Shown: positions 1 through 12,730, numbered from the stretch's first letter. The stretch is DNA of 64,000 bases from an uncultured Nitrospiraceae bacterium (GCA_963730935.1 CAVSTP010000003.1:608001-672000), one strand, 5' to 3'. Numbers and translations: made by a program. Notes: generated by a model not told the origin, from the letters alone.

Positions 1-1
1 G

Positions 2-388
2 TCCGCGCTCGAATCGCTCGCGATCATCGCGTACAAACAGCCGTTGGTGCGCGCAGAGATCGAAGAAATTCGCGGTGTCGAGACGTCCGGCGTGCTGAGA
101 ACGCTGCTCGAACGGAAACTCGTCCGTATCGTCGGACGAAAAGAGGTGCCTGGGCGCCCGATCATGTACGGCACCACCAAATTTTTCATGGAACATTTCG
201 GGCTTCAAGACCTCGCCCAACTGCCTCCGCTTCGTGAATTCAAAGAACTGGGGGAAGCCGAGCAGGCGCTGCTTCCCATGGAGCGGGAAGAGGTCGCTCT
301 CGAGCCTCAGTCGGCTCCTTCGACGGAGCAGGAACTGGCATCGTGGGAACCGCAGTCGTTGATGCCTGAACCGGTTGAGCAGGGCTAA
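2..388 (+). CDS. scpB: SMC-Scp complex subunit ScpB (5'-truncated by window edge)
   Basis: Translation [26 protein letters not shown]...[24 protein letters not shown] matches ScpB motifs. Confidence 0.95.
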   Translation, partial: SALESLAIIAYKQPLVRAEIEEIRGVETSGVLRTLLERKLVRIVGRKEVPGRPIMYGTTKFFMEHFGLQDLAQLPPLREFKELGEAEQALLPMEREEVALEPQSAPSTEQELASWEPQSLMPEPVEQG

Positions 389-581
389 CGAGCGCATTCC
401 TGTCGACTCCGGGTCTCATGGTCAGTTCCCCCTCTAGGTGCTCTAGCTCCCGAGTTCTGCTTCCGGAGAACCGCTCAGAATTCTCTGTCCGATCGAAGCA
501 GATTTCTCTGGCTCAGCCCGGGAATTTTGCAGAATCTCGGCCTTCTGCCGTCACCCACAAATCAGACAGTTCGTGCCTCCC

Positions 582-611
582 TTGCAATTCGTCTTTTTGC
601 TTTGTTAGACT
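582..611 (+). promoter_or_regulatory. Putative sigma70 promoter for the NHL-repeat gene
   Basis: TTGCAA-N18-TAGACT with TGn extended -10, about 80 nt upstream of ATG 689. Confidence 0.35.
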
Positions 612-688
612 CCCCAATCCCGATCTAACTCATTGAAAGACGCTCGTTTCTTGGTTGTAACCCTGTCGAGGAACAAGAGGCACCACCT

Positions 689-3659
689 ATGATGAAGGCA
701 TGGCTCCTGGACGAGATGTTTCGATTCCATCGTGCGGCACTCACTGTCGAAGGGAGCCAGAGTGAATGGGGTGCTGGCGACTCGATCGCGGAGGAAGAAG
801 AACTGCCTCCAGCGCCGGCGAACGTCGCGGCCAAGTGTGGAAACGGCCGGATCACGATCACCTGGGACACCGTCCCCGATGCCATGTACTACAACCTCTA
901 CTTCCAAACGACCAAGGGCGTCCAGATTAAGTTTTCTGAACTGACCCGGCCCATCGCGGGTCCGGAGGACTTCAAGACCGTCATCGGGGTGAAGAAGGAA
1001 AAAGCCACCTGTCTGGAGGGGGCGCAGTCTCCATTTGTCCACGACGATCTCGCCAACGGCAGCTGCTATCACTACGTCGTGACGGTCGTCACGCCGAAAG
1101 GCGAAAGTCCGGAATCGCAGGAAGTGATGGCCATCCCGTCGCCCTATCTGCTGGCGGCCTGTATCGGGCAAGAAGGTGTTGACGAAGGAGAGTTCAGTTC
1201 GCCCACCGGAATCACCCTCGACAAAGAAGGCAATCTCTACGTGGCCGACACGGACAATCACTCGATCCAAAAATTCGACAAGACCGGAAAATTTGTGGCG
1301 CGGTGGGGCGGCGAGCCGTCCGCCCAGGAAGGCAGCTTCTACTATCCTCGCGGGTTGGCGGTCGGCGCGAACGACGCTGTCTACGTCGCCGACAGCGGGA
1401 ACAATCGAGTGCAGAAATTCGATCTCGACGGCAACGCCATGCAGGCGTGGGGAAAATTCGGATTTGCCTGGCGAGGCGCAGACATGGGCAAGTTCGATGT
1501 GCCCTGGGGCGTCGCGACGGATCAGGAAGGCAATCTCTACGTTTCCGATACGAGCAATGCCCGCATTCAAAAATTCAAAGCGGACGGCACGCCTCTCGTG
1601 AAATGGGGGCGCGACGGAAGCTTCGATGGAGCGTTCTTTTTCCCGCGGGGCGTGGCGGTGGACTTCGTCGGCAATATCTACGTGGCCGATGAAGGCAACA
1701 ACCGTGTTCAAAAATTCGACGCCCGCGGCAGCTTCCTGACGAAGTGGGGCCGGGAGGGCGCGGGGCCCGGACAGTTCAAGACGCCGTGGGGCATCGCATG
1801 CGACGCGCTGGGGAACGTCTATGTCGTGGACACCGGCAATCACCGGATCCAGAAGTTCGACGGCAACGGCACCTTCCTCTGCGCCTGGGGCAACCGCGGC
1901 AAATCGGAAGGCCAATTGAATTTTCCCTACGGGATCGCCGTCGACAAAGAAGGGTGTGTGTATGTGGTCGACAGCGGCAACAACCGCGTCTTGAAGTATG
2001 TGCCGACCGACGAAGAGATCAATCGGGGCAAGGACGAGAAGCCGAAGTCTCAGGCGACGACCGCCACTCCGCCCCCGAACAATGTCGCGGTGAAGGCCGG
2101 CGATACGGAAACGTTCCTCAGTTGGATGGAGGTGCCCGGCGCGATCTCCTACAACCTGTACTTCAATACCTCTCCGCAGCTGACGAAGCAAAGCGGAACC
2201 AAGATCGAGGGTGTGAGCAATCCCTTCACGCATACGGGTCTCACGAACGACACGGCCTATTTCTATGCCGTGGCGGCGGTGTTCGACGGGGACGTCGAAA
2301 GCGAACTGTCGAACCAGGTGTCCGCCACGCCGGTGCTGATCGATATTACGGCGCCGCAGAATTCCTACGCGGTCATCAATCACGGCGCGTTCATGACCAA
2401 TACACCGGAAGTGGTCGTGACGATTTCCGCGAACGACATCGATACGGGCGTCGGCGCCTACTATGTCTCAGAAGCGCCGATGACGCCGATGGCCGGCACG
2501 CCGGGATGGGTCGACGTGACGCCGGCGTTGAAATTCGGCGCCACGATTCCGTTCATTCTGTCACCGGGCGACGGCCAGAAGACAATTTACGTCTGGTTCA
2601 AGGACGTCGGCGGGAACGTGTCGACACCGGCCAGCGCGACGATTCTGGTCAATACTTCGGGCTACCTCTGCGTGTCGCGTTGGGGACGGTCGGGTCGTGG
2701 CGCGTCGCTCCTCCACGGCGGCGAGTTCATGGCGCCGATCTACGGCCTGTGCGTGGACCAGCAAGGGGCTCTCTTCGTCGTGGACAACGGGAACAACCGC
2801 GTTCAGAAATTCGACAATGCCGGCAACTTCATTATCTTGTGGGGCAACTTTGGCGCCGCGAATGCCAATTTCCACAACCCCACCGGCATCGCCTGCGACG
2901 GCAAAGGCGACGTATGGGTCGTCGATACGAACAACCATCGCGTCCAGAAGTTCGACGGCAAGCTGGGCGGCTACCTTATGAAGTTCGGCTCGCGGGGCAA
3001 CGGCGAAGGGCCAGTTCAACTCCCCCTGGGGTATTGCCGTCGATCGCGTCCGCGGGTACGTGTACGTCGTCGACAGCGCCAACTTCCGGGTACAGAAATT
3101 CGACATGACCGGCGAATTCATCATGTCCTGGGGCAGCTTCGGCAACGGCGACGGCCAGTTCTATTTCCCGCGAGGCATCGCCGTCGATCAGTCTGACGGC
3201 GCCGTCTATGTCGTGGACATGGGCAATCACCGGATGCAGAAGTTCGACACTAGCACTAACGTGCTGCCTCAATTGTTGACAAAGTGGGGCGGCAGTGCGG
3301 AGGCGGGGCACGCGAGCAGCGCCTTGTCGCAGGAGGCCGGACAGTTGCGGTCGCCCTGGGGCATTGCCATCGACGCAGCCGGGGATGTGTATGTCACGGA
3401 CACCGGCAATCATCGCATCGAGAAATTCGACAAAGAAGGCAATTTCATCACGCAGTGGGGCGGGTTCGGCAACGGCGACGGGCAATTCAATTTCCCATAT
3501 GGCATTGCGGTCGATGCGAAGGGCAGCGTGTTCGCCGTCGACAGCGGCAACACCCGCGTTCAGCAGTTCATGCCGGCCGACGAAGGCAGTGAGCGGCTGC
3601 AGGAAGAGGCGGAAGCGGCGGCAGAAATCGAGAAAGCGCAACAACCCCAAAAGGCCTGA
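689..3659 (+). CDS. Large protein with two FN3-like domains and two NHL-repeat beta-propellers; one frameshift near 3010
   Basis: Repeated F..P.GIA.D..GN.YV.D.GN.R.QKF NHL units; FN3-like segments (PAPANV...ITW...YNLYF...YYVVT). ORFs 689..3196 and 3060..3659 join if one G is removed from gaagggccag. Confidence 0.85.
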
Positions 3660-3680
3660 TGGCCCCGGCTACGGAGGACT

Positions 3681-5148
3681 ATGCTCGAGAAAGAACCACG
3701 CCTCGGACTCACGTATGACGACGTGGTTCTGGTGCCTTCGAAATCCGCCGTCCTGCCCAGCGAAGTCGATATCCGCACGCACCTCACTCGGAACATCCAG
3801 ATCAATATTCCCATCATCAGCTCCGCAATGGATACGGTCACAGAATCGCGGCTGGCGATCGCCATGGCGCGTGAAGGCGGAGTCGGCATCATTCACCGAG
3901 TCTTGATCCCGCCGATCAAGCGGCGGAAGTCGACCGGGTCAAGAAATCCGAAAGCGGGATGATTCTGGATCCGGTCACAATCTCGCCGGATCAAACCATC
4001 CGCGACGCCCATGCAGTTGATGGCCAAATACCGCATCTCGGGCATTCCCGTCACCAAGAATAAGAAGCTGGTCGGCATCCTGACGAATCGCGATCTGCGG
4101 TTCGAGACCCGGATGGATCTCAAGGTGTCGCAGGTCATGAAGCGGGACAAGCTTAGTCACGGCGCCGGAAGGGACCAGCCTCGAAAAGGCCCGCGAGATC
4201 CTGCATGAGCATCGGATCGAGAAGCTCCCGGTCGTCAACAAGCAGTTCGACCTCAAGGGACTGATCACCATCAAGGACATCGAAAAGCGGATCAAATATC
4301 CCAATGCCTGCAAGGATGCTCATGGCCGGTTGCGCGTTGGCGCGGCCGTCGGTGTCGGAGCGGATACGGAAGAACGGCTCGCCCAGCTCAAAAAGGCCGG
4401 CGTCGATCTCATCGTGGTGGACACCGCGCACGGCCATGCGCAGGCGGTTCTCGATACGGTCAAGATGATCAAGAAGCAGCATCCGAGCGTGGAATTGATG
4501 GCCGGCAACATCGCCACTGCAGAGGCGGCCAAAGATTTGCTGAACGCCGGCGTCGATGCGGTCAAGGTCGGCGTGGGACCCGGGTCGATTTGTACCACGC
4601 GCATCGTGTCCGGTGCAGGAATGCCGCAACTGACCGCGATTGCCGATTGCGCCAAAGTGCTGGCGGGCAGCGGAGTGCCGATTGTTGCGGATGGGGGCAT
4701 TAAGTTTTCTGGCGACATCACAAGGCGCTGGCGGCCGGGGCCTCGTCGGTCATGCTGGGTGGACTACTTGGCCGGGACAGAGGAGTCGCCCGGAGAGACC
4801 GTGCTTTACCAGGCCAGAACGTATAAGGTGTACCGAGGCATGGGATCGATCGGCGCCATGGAACGAGGCGGCGGAGATCGGTATGGCCAGAGTGGGCGTC
4901 CGCCGCAGAAGCTGGTGCCTGAAGGCATCGAAGGGCGCGTGCCGTATAAGGGCCCTTTGTCGGCGGTCATCTATCAGCTGGTCGGCGGCGTCAAATCCGG
5001 CATGGGCTATTGCGGATGCAGGACGATTTCCGATCTCCAGCAGAAGGCGACGTTCATCCGTCAGACGGTCGCAGGCCTCCGCGAAAGCCACGTGCACGAC
5101 GTCATCATCACCAAAGAAGCGCCGAACTATCGCATGGATTGGGAATAA
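3681..5148 (+). CDS. guaB: IMP dehydrogenase with CBS domains (several frameshifts, probably sequencing errors)
   Basis: [19 protein letters not shown], catalytic [23 protein letters not shown] spread over several frames. Confidence 0.95.
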
Positions 5149-5264
5149 CGCCATCAGCGTTCATCCGTCGGTTGTCAGCCCTTCCCCGATCAGAACTCGT
5201 CATTGGCCCGCTGTTGGTGTCCCGCTGTTGACCGCTCACAACTAACCGCTTGAAAGCGAATTTC

Positions 5265-6829
5265 ATGGAACTCTGGCACGATAGAATTCTGGTCCTGGAT
5301 TTCGGATCGCAGTACACCCAGCTGATCGCCCGCCGCATTCGTGAAGCGCACGTCTATTCGCAAATCCTTCCCTGTACCGTGCCATTGGCGACCGTGTCTG
5401 GCCTATCGCCCGCAGGGTATCGTTTTGTCCGGTGGTCCCTCCAGTGTCTATGAGAAGAAGGCGCCCAGCGTTTCAAAGGAGCTTTTCGACCAGGGCATCC
5501 CCATCCTGGGCATCTGTTATGGCATGCAGCTGGTCACGCATCTGTCCGGCGGCGAGGTGGCAAAGTCCAAGCACCGGGAATATGGCCGTGCAGAACTCAC
5601 CATCGACGACGCCGGCGATCTCTTTGCCGGGATTGGAACGGGCGGATCGACCGTCGTCTGGATGTCGCACGGCGACCGGATCGAGCGGATGCCGCCGGGG
5701 TTCCGATCGATTGCCCACACGAGCAATTCGCCGATTGCGGCCATGAAGCAGCGACGATCGGCAAGCGCCGAATCTACTGCCTGCAGTTCCATCCGGAAGT
5801 CGCGCACACGCCGGAAGGGGCACAACTGCTTCGAAATTTCGTGTATCGACATCTGCGGGTGCAAACCGACCTGGACGATGCAATCCTATGTCGAAACGGC
5901 GGTCGAGCAGATCCGAGAACAGGTCGGCAAGGAGCGCGTCATCTGCGCGTTGAGCGGCGGCGTGGATTCATCGGTCGCGGCGGCGCTTACCCATCGGGCC
6001 ATCGGCGATCAGCTGACCTGCATCTTCGTCGACAATGGCGTGCTTGAGGGCGGGGGAGCGCGATCAGGTGCAAAAGACGTTTGCCTCTCAATTGCATTTG
6101 AATCTGCGGATCCTCGATCGGACCGAGCAGTTTCTGGCCGGATTGAAGGGCGTCTCCGACCCTGAGAAGAAACGCAAGATCATCGGTGGTCTCTTCATCA
6201 AGAATTTTGAAGCTGAAGCGAAGAAGTTGAAGGGCATCAAGTATTCTAGTCCAGGGCACGTTGTACCCCGATGTCATCGAGAGCGTGAGCTTCAAGGGGC
6301 CGTCGGCGACCATCAAGACGCATCACAATGTCGGTGGGTTGCCGGCCCGCATGAGGCTGAAGTTGATCGAACCCCTGCGAGAACTGTTCAAGGACGAAGT
6401 GCGCGTGCTGGGAAAGGAATTAGGATTGCCGGACGAGATCATCTGGCGGCAGCCGTTTCCCGGCCCTGGCCTCGCTATTCGGGTGCTGGGAGCGGTGACC
6501 AAGGAGCGGCTGGCCATCCTGCGTGCCGCGGAAACCATCGTCGATCAAGAGATTCGCGGCGCCGGCCTGTATCGGGAGATCTGGCAGGCGTTTGCCGTAT
6601 TGCTGCCGATCCGGACGGTCGGCGTGATGGGGGATCAGCGGACGTATGAGCACGTCATGGCGCATCCGCGCCGTCACGAGCTTGGATGGCATGACGGCCG
6701 ACTGGGCGAAGATTCCCGAACGACGTGTTGGGCAGGATGTCCAATCGGATCATCAACGAAGTGAAGGGCGTGAATCGTGTCGTCTACGACATCAGCTCCA
6801 AGCCACCAGCCACCATCGAGTGGGAGTAA
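5265..6829 (+). CDS. guaA: GMP synthase, glutamine-hydrolysing (several frameshifts)
   Basis: [54 protein letters not shown] across frames; directly follows guaB. Confidence 0.95.
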
Positions 6830-6833
6830 GGGA

Positions 6834-6986
6834 GGGCGACCAGGTGGCTCCTGTGCTCGCCCGCGTTGGCTCCGGGTCGAACAACTTTGGTTTGGCAGTG
6901 CTCGCTGGGAAAGGTACGCGTCTTGGCGCGACCGGGGCTGGGCGGTTGAAAATTAGTGCGCGCAGTTGGAACCAACCTGGCCACCC
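6834..6986. repeat. Intergenic element with imperfect terminal inverted repeats (REP/MITE-like)
   Basis: Left arm gggcgaccaggtggctcc (6834-6851); reverse complement of right arm (6968-6986) is gggtggccaggttggttcc. Confidence 0.5.
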
Positions 6987-6999
6987 AGCAAAGACGGAG

Positions 7000-7853
7000 A
7001 TGGAAATAAGACTGCAAAAATTGATTGCCGGAACCGGCGTTGCGTCGCGCCGGAAGGCTGAAGCGTTGATCGCCGCCGGTCGCGTGATGGTCAACGGCAA
7101 GACGGTGACGGAGTTGGGCACCAAGGTCGATCCCGGACGTGATCACGTCAAGGTCGACGGCAAACACTTGGGTGCGCCGCAGCCGTTCGTCTATTTGATG
7201 TTGAACAAACCCAAGAATGTCGTCTCCACCCTGGACGATCCCGGGGGGCGGACGACGGTCAAGGATTATCTGCGCGGGGTTTCCGTGCGGGTGTTCCCTG
7301 TCGGCCGGTTGGATTTCGACAGTGAAGGGTTGATGCTCTTGACCAACAACGGCGACTCGCCCAGGCGATGCTTCACCCCCGGTATCACGTCCCCAAGACC
7401 TATCTGATCAAGGTGAAGGGTGTCCTGACCGACGACGAGATCAGAAGTCTTGAGGAGGGTGTGAGACTCGAAGATGGCATGACGAGCCCGGCGCAGCTCA
7501 GGAAGGTTCGGAAGGTCGAGGCGAATTCCTGGTTGGAGATTACCATCCGTGAAGGGCGCAAGCATCAAGTCAAGCGGATGCTGGAAGTGGTCGGACATCC
7601 GGTGATCAAGCTCCTGCGGATCCGGATGGGATCGATTTCGCTCGGTGACCTGCAGCCGGGTGAATTCCGTTTTTTGACCGATCGGGAAGCCAATACGCTG
7701 CGCCGACTGGTGGAAGAGCGGGTGGCGTCGGTCGAGGAACCGGTGGCGGGTACTCCTTCGCGGCCGTCAAGGCGCGAGGGATGGGCACGAGCGAAAAAGA
7801 ACAAGAGTCAACGTCGGCGAGGGCCTTGGTCGTCGACACGAAAGCGAGCGTGA
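7000..7853 (+). CDS. rluB: rRNA pseudouridine synthase, RsuA/RluB family with S4 domain (frameshift near 7360)
   Basis: MEIRLQKLIA...SRRKAE, GRLDFDSEGL, EGRKHQVKRM; near scpB. Confidence 0.85.
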
Positions 7854-7854
7854 C

Positions 7855-9622
7855 ATGAAGAGCAGAACGCATCGATGCGGAGAGTTAAACAAAGTGCATG
7901 TGGGCCAGACCGTGGTCTTGAAGGGGTGGGTGCATGGCCGCCGCGACCACGGCATGGTCATGTTCATTGATCTGCGTGACCGGACGGGAATCACGCAAGT
8001 CGTGTTCAACGCCGAACGGAACAGCGGATGTCCATCAAGGCGGCCCACACGCTTACGGAGTGAGTGCGTCGTGTCGGTCACGGGCCAGGTCATGGCGCGT
8101 CCTGAGGACTCCAAAAATCCTCATCTGCCGACCGGCGACATCGAGGTGTTCGTGGACGCCGTCGAGATTTTGAACGAGGCCAAGACACCGCCGTTCGTTA
8201 TCGAGGACGATGCCGAGGTGACGGAAGGCGCTCCGGTTGAAGTACCGCTATCTCGATCTTCGCCGGCCCAAGATGCAGCGGCTGTTGAGTCTGCGGCACA
8301 ACATCATGCAAGCCGTTCACGGCTTCCTCAACCGAGAGGGGTTTCTGGAAGTCGAGACACCGATTCTCACGAAAAGCACGCCGGAAGGCGCACGGGACTA
8401 TCTGGTCCCAAGTCGCGTGAATCCTGGTCAGTTCTTTGCTCTTCCCCAATCGCCGCAGCTTTTCAAGCAGGTGCTGATGGTGAGCGGCGTTGACCGATAT
8501 TACCAGATTGCCCGCTGTTTCCGGGACGAAGACCTGCGCAACGACCGCCAGCCGGAGTTTACCCAGATCGATCTTGAGATGTCCTTCGTCGATCGCGAAC
8601 AGGTCATGAGTCTGATGGAGCGGATGATCGTGACGGTGTTTCGCGAAGCGGGCGGCGTTCAGCTTCCGACCCCGTTTCCTCGGATGACCTATGCCGACGC
8701 CATGGGGCGCTATGGATCGGACAAGCCGGACCTTCGGTTTGAGATGCCTCTCTATGACGTCACCGCGTTTGGGGCGACGAGCGAGTTCAAGGTGTTTCGA
8801 GAGGCGGCAGGGAAGGGAAAAATCGTCAAGGCGCTGATCGTGAAGGGCGGTCAAAGTATCGCTCGAAGCCGAATCGATGCGCTGGGCGAAACGGCCAGAA
8901 GTTTTGGAGCGAAGGGACTCGCCTGGCTCAAAATCACGGCCGATGGCCAGCTGGATTCGGTCATTGCAAAGTTTCTCGATGCCAAAGCGTTTGCCCATGC
9001 GTTGCCCGAAGCCAACCCGGGCGATCTCGTGTTGTTCGGAGCGGATACACCGGCCGTCGTCCACGACGTGCTGGGGCGGATGCGTCTGCTCCTCGGCGAA
9101 GAGCTCAATCTCATCGACAAGTCAGCCTGGAAGCCAGTCTGGGTCACCGATTTCCCGCTGCTCGATTATTCCCAAGAAGAGAAGCGCTACATTTTCATGC
9201 ACAATCCCTTTGCCGCGCCGATCGACGAGGATCTTCCGTTGCTGGACACCGAGCCGCTGCAGGCCCGCGCCAAGGCCTACGATATGGTGCTCAACGGCAA
9301 CGAGATCGGCGGTGGCAGCATCCGCAACCATCGAAGCGACGTGCAGTTGCGGATTTTGGATCTGCTCGGGATCAGCAAAGAGCAGGCGCAGGCCAAGTTC
9401 GGCTTCTTGCTGGAAGCCTTGGATTACGGTGCCCCTCCACACGGCGGCATCGCCTTCGGCCTCGACCGCCTCATCATGCTCCTGGGCGGTGCCGAATCGA
9501 TTCGCGATGTGATCGCGTTTCCGAAAACGCAGCGTGCCCAGTGCCCGCTGACGGACGCGCCGTCAGCCGTTGCCGCCGAGCAACTCAAGGAGCTGCGCAT
9601 CAAGCTCGACCTCGTGGAGTAG
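7855..9622 (+). CDS. aspS: Aspartate-tRNA ligase, possibly non-discriminating (frameshifts near 8030-8240)
   Basis: [50 protein letters not shown]. Confidence 0.95.
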
Positions 9623-9625
9623 GTT

Positions 9626-10789
9626 ATGGCCGGCAATACCTTTGGTCACATCTTTACCGTGACGTCTTTCGGCGAAAGCCACGGTCCGGCCATCGGGTGC
9701 GTCGTCGATGGTTGCCCCCCAGGCCTGGCGCTGTCCCCCGACGATATCCAACACGATCTGGATCGCCGCAAACCCGGCACGTCACGACACGTGACCCAGC
9801 GGCAGGAATCCGACAGGGTCGAAATCCTGTCCGGCATCTTTGAAGGCAAGACGACTGGCACACCGATCGCGTTGTTGATCCGCAATGAAGACGCACGGAG
9901 CAAAGACTACGGGAATCTAATCGACACGTTCCGCCCCGGCCACGCCGATTACACCTACTGGCAGAAATACGGCATCCGCGACCACCGCGGGGGCGGGCGG
10001 GCATCTGCCCGGGAGACCGCCGTTCGGGTTGCCGCTGCGGCGATTGCCAGGAAATGGCTCCGCGAGACCCATGGCGTCGTCATCCGCGGCTACCTGAGCC
10101 AGCTGGGACCGCACGAGATCCCCTTCAAATCCTGGGATGCCGTCGGCGACAATCCGTTTTTCGCAGCGAACCAGGACGTCGTGGCGAAACTCGAATCGTT
10201 CATGGACGAACTGCGGAAGGCCGGCGACTCAGTCGGCGCCAGGATTACCACGGTGGCCGAACATGTTCCCGTCGGATGGGGCGCTCCGGTCTATGCCAAG
10301 CTGGACGCGGATCTGGCGGCCGCGATGATGAGCATCAATGCCGTCAAGGCGGTCGAAATCGGCTCAGGATTCGCGTCGGTCACCCAGCGCGGCTCCGAAC
10401 ATGGCGACGAGCTGACGCCAGAAGGGTTCATCACGAACCATGCTGGCGGCATCCTGGGCGGCATTTCCACCGGTCAGGACATTGTGGTGACGATCGGCAT
10501 CAAGCCGACCTCGAGCATCCGTGTGTCACGCCGCTCGATCGATAAGCAGGGGAACCCGGTGACGGTGGAGACGAACGGCCGCCACGATCCGTGCGTTGGG
10601 ATTCGAGCCACCCCCATCGCCGAAGCGATGATGGCGCTGGTCCTGATGGACCATGCCCTGCTCCATCGCGCGCAAAACGCGGGCGTGCAGACGCCGACGC
10701 CGCGCATCGCCGGTTCCTCGAAGCCGTCGGCCTCCCAGGATCGGCGAAAGCCGGTGGCCAAGGTCAACCCCGAGCCCCACGAAGCCTGA
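9626..10789 (+). CDS. aroC: Chorismate synthase
   Basis: [28 protein letters not shown] signatures. Confidence 0.97.
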   Translation: MAGNTFGHIFTVTSFGESHGPAIGCVVDGCPPGLALSPDDIQHDLDRRKPGTSRHVTQRQESDRVEILSGIFEGKTTGTPIALLIRNEDARSKDYGNLIDTFRPGHADYTYWQKYGIRDHRGGGRASARETAVRVAAAAIARKWLRETHGVVIRGYLSQLGPHEIPFKSWDAVGDNPFFAANQDVVAKLESFMDELRKAGDSVGARITTVAEHVPVGWGAPVYAKLDADLAAAMMSINAVKAVEIGSGFASVTQRGSEHGDELTPEGFITNHAGGILGGISTGQDIVVTIGIKPTSSIRVSRRSIDKQGNPVTVETNGRHDPCVGIRATPIAEAMMALVLMDHALLHRAQNAGVQTPTPRIAGSSKPSASQDRRKPVAKVNPEPHEA

Positions 10790-10821
10790 TGCCTCACACC
10801 GCATTGCTGTAGTCGCGCCGC

Positions 10822-11625
10822 ATGCCCGCTCCTCCAGACGACGGCCGCATCCTCGAGATCAAAAACGCGCAAGTCTACCGCGGGGACACCTGTGTCTTCG
10901 ACAATCTCTCGTTTCTGCTGGAGGCGGATCAGCACACGGCCATCCTCGGGCCGAATGGCGCCGGGAAGTCGACCATTCTCAAGCTCCTGGCCGGCGAAGT
11001 GCACGCGGTGCCGAAAGAGGACACTTCCATCCGGCTCTTCGGCGAAGCGCAGTGGAACGTCTGGGACGTGCGGAAGCATTTGGGAATGGTCTCACACGAT
11101 CTGCAGCATCAGTATATGGAGCAGGTGACCGGCCTGAAAGTCGTCCTGTCCGGCTACTATGCGAGCATCGGCACCTATGGCCATCAGGAATTTACCTATG
11201 CGCAGATCGCCCGGGCGCGGGCCGTGATGGAGGACCTGGGCATCGGTGCGATGACCGACCGCAGGTATGCGGCCATGTCAACCGGCGAGCAGCGGCGTTG
11301 TCTCTTGGCGCGTGCCCTGGTCCACGGGCCATCGGTGCTGGTGCTCGATGAGCCCACGAGCGGGCTCGACCTGACGGCCACCTTTCATTATTTGGATCTG
11401 GTGCGCGGCTACATGCGCAAAGGCAAGACCATCCTGCTCGTCACCCATCATATTCATGAGATCCCCCCGGAGATCCGGAGAGTCGTCTTGTTGAAGAAGG
11501 GGAGAATTCTCGAGGACGGCGAGAAGAAAGCGGTGCTGTCAGAGAGAAACCTCAGTCAGCTGTTCGATTGCCCCGTGACACTCGTCTGTGCCAATGGCTG
11601 GTATCAAGCGCTGCCAGGAAGCTGA
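10822..11625 (+). CDS. ABC transporter ATP-binding protein (ModF-like); no adjacent permease
   Basis: Walker A GPNGAGKS, signature MSTGE, Walker B LVLDEP, H-loop VTHH. Confidence 0.85.
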   Translation: MPAPPDDGRILEIKNAQVYRGDTCVFDNLSFLLEADQHTAILGPNGAGKSTILKLLAGEVHAVPKEDTSIRLFGEAQWNVWDVRKHLGMVSHDLQHQYMEQVTGLKVVLSGYYASIGTYGHQEFTYAQIARARAVMEDLGIGAMTDRRYAAMSTGEQRRCLLARALVHGPSVLVLDEPTSGLDLTATFHYLDLVRGYMRKGKTILLVTHHIHEIPPEIRRVVLLKKGRILEDGEKKAVLSERNLSQLFDCPVTLVCANGWYQALPGS

Positions 11626-11637
11626 AGTACCGTTGTT

Positions 11638-12660
11638 CTATCCGCCCGCTAAGGTGACGGTGAAGGTGAGGTCAGCCTCGGCCCGGCGGACTTTGAGGCT
11701 CACGCGCTGGCCGGGGACCGTCCGTTCGATGAGATAGTTTTTCAGGTGGGCAGCATCCAGAATTTCCGTGTCTTCAATCGCCAGCAGAATGTCGTGTTTC
11801 TGGATGCCGGCCGCCTTGGCCGGATCCGAGACGTCCTTCACCGCCATGCGCCACTTGGTCCCTTCTTTGACTGCCGTCATGTGAATGCCCAGCTTCGAGA
11901 AGGCCAGCGGTTTTCCTTCGATGGCGGCGGCTACGATGCGCGAGGCGAGCGTGGCGGGAATCGCAAAGGCCATCTGGCTGCAGAAGACGTGAGTTTCGTC
12001 CTTGTCCGTCTGGATCACGGCATGCATGATGCCGACCACTTCGCCGGCGTGATTATAGAGCGCGCCTCCCGAGTTACCGCTGCAGGCAGAGAGATCGGCT
12101 TGCAGGAGTCGAGTCTCGACGGTTTGCAAAAACGTATTGACGTTACCGATGCGGCCGAAGGCCATGGTGGGGCCCCAGCCCATCGGATATCCCACCGTGA
12201 ACACCTCGCTGCCGACGACCGGCGCATCTGTGGCAAAGCTGGTGGCAAGATCGAGCACCGGCCGGTCTTTTTGATTTAAGCGGTAGACGACGACGTCCAT
12301 GTAGGCGCTTTCTCCAACGATCTGGGCGACGAGCTCGTGGAGATCGGTGGTCAGGACATGAATGACCTTCGGCACGACGTGCCCCGTCGGACTGTTTTTC
12401 TCGACCGCGTGTCTCGCCGTGACAATGTAGCCGTCATGCAGATGAAAGCCGGTTCCGCGGATCTTAATTTTGCCGGGCTGGTCGGGAGTACGGGGATCTT
12501 GCGTGTCTTCCAGGATGCCAACGGTGGCCCGCTTCGCCCGCTCAATCACATTCGGTGGCGCCCCTGGCCCGGCGGAGGCATACGGCGCGGCGCATGCGAG
12601 GATGGCGACCAGACAGGCCAAAATCGAACGCTGGCGTCTGCGCTCAGCCAGGACGAACAT
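11638..12660 (-). CDS. Secreted trypsin-like (S1C/HtrA-like) serine protease with C-terminal PDZ domain
   Basis: Signal peptide; triad motifs TARH, MDVV, GNSGG; PDZ-like PAKAAGIQKHDILLAI. Confidence 0.85.
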   Translation of the reverse strand: MFVLAERRRQRSILACLVAILACAAPYASAGPGAPPNVIERAKRATVGILEDTQDPRTPDQPGKIKIRGTGFHLHDGYIVTARHAVEKNSPTGHVVPKVIHVLTTDLHELVAQIVGESAYMDVVVYRLNQKDRPVLDLATSFATDAPVVGSEVFTVGYPMGWGPTMAFGRIGNVNTFLQTVETRLLQADLSACSGNSGGALYNHAGEVVGIMHAVIQTDKDETHVFCSQMAFAIPATLASRIVAAAIEGKPLAFSKLGIHMTAVKEGTKWRMAVKDVSDPAKAAGIQKHDILLAIEDTEILDAAHLKNYLIERTVPGQRVSLKVRRAEADLTFTVTLAGG

Positions 12661-12730
12661 GAAATAATCCTTTCACTGTATGAAGCCTATGCCGCACAGT
12701 ATAATGAGCTTTAATGACAGGGGAAAGGCC

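Noticed and set aside
605..2383. 592-aa minus-strand ORF and other long antisense ORFs (e.g. 40244-41485, 50303-52243, 61833-62729)
   Set aside because: Shadow frames of GC3-biased genes on the opposite strand, with no recognisable motifs
1180..3570. Recurrent DNA repeats (e.g. cagaaattcgac, ggcaacggcga) as a CRISPR-like array
   Set aside because: They are degenerate coding repeats of NHL units; no constant repeat-spacer structure or cas genes
3681..9622. Pseudogenisation or programmed frameshifting of guaB, guaA, rluB and aspS
   Set aside because: Indels are numerous and irregular, with no slippery-site pattern, in essential genes; sequencing error is more parsimonious
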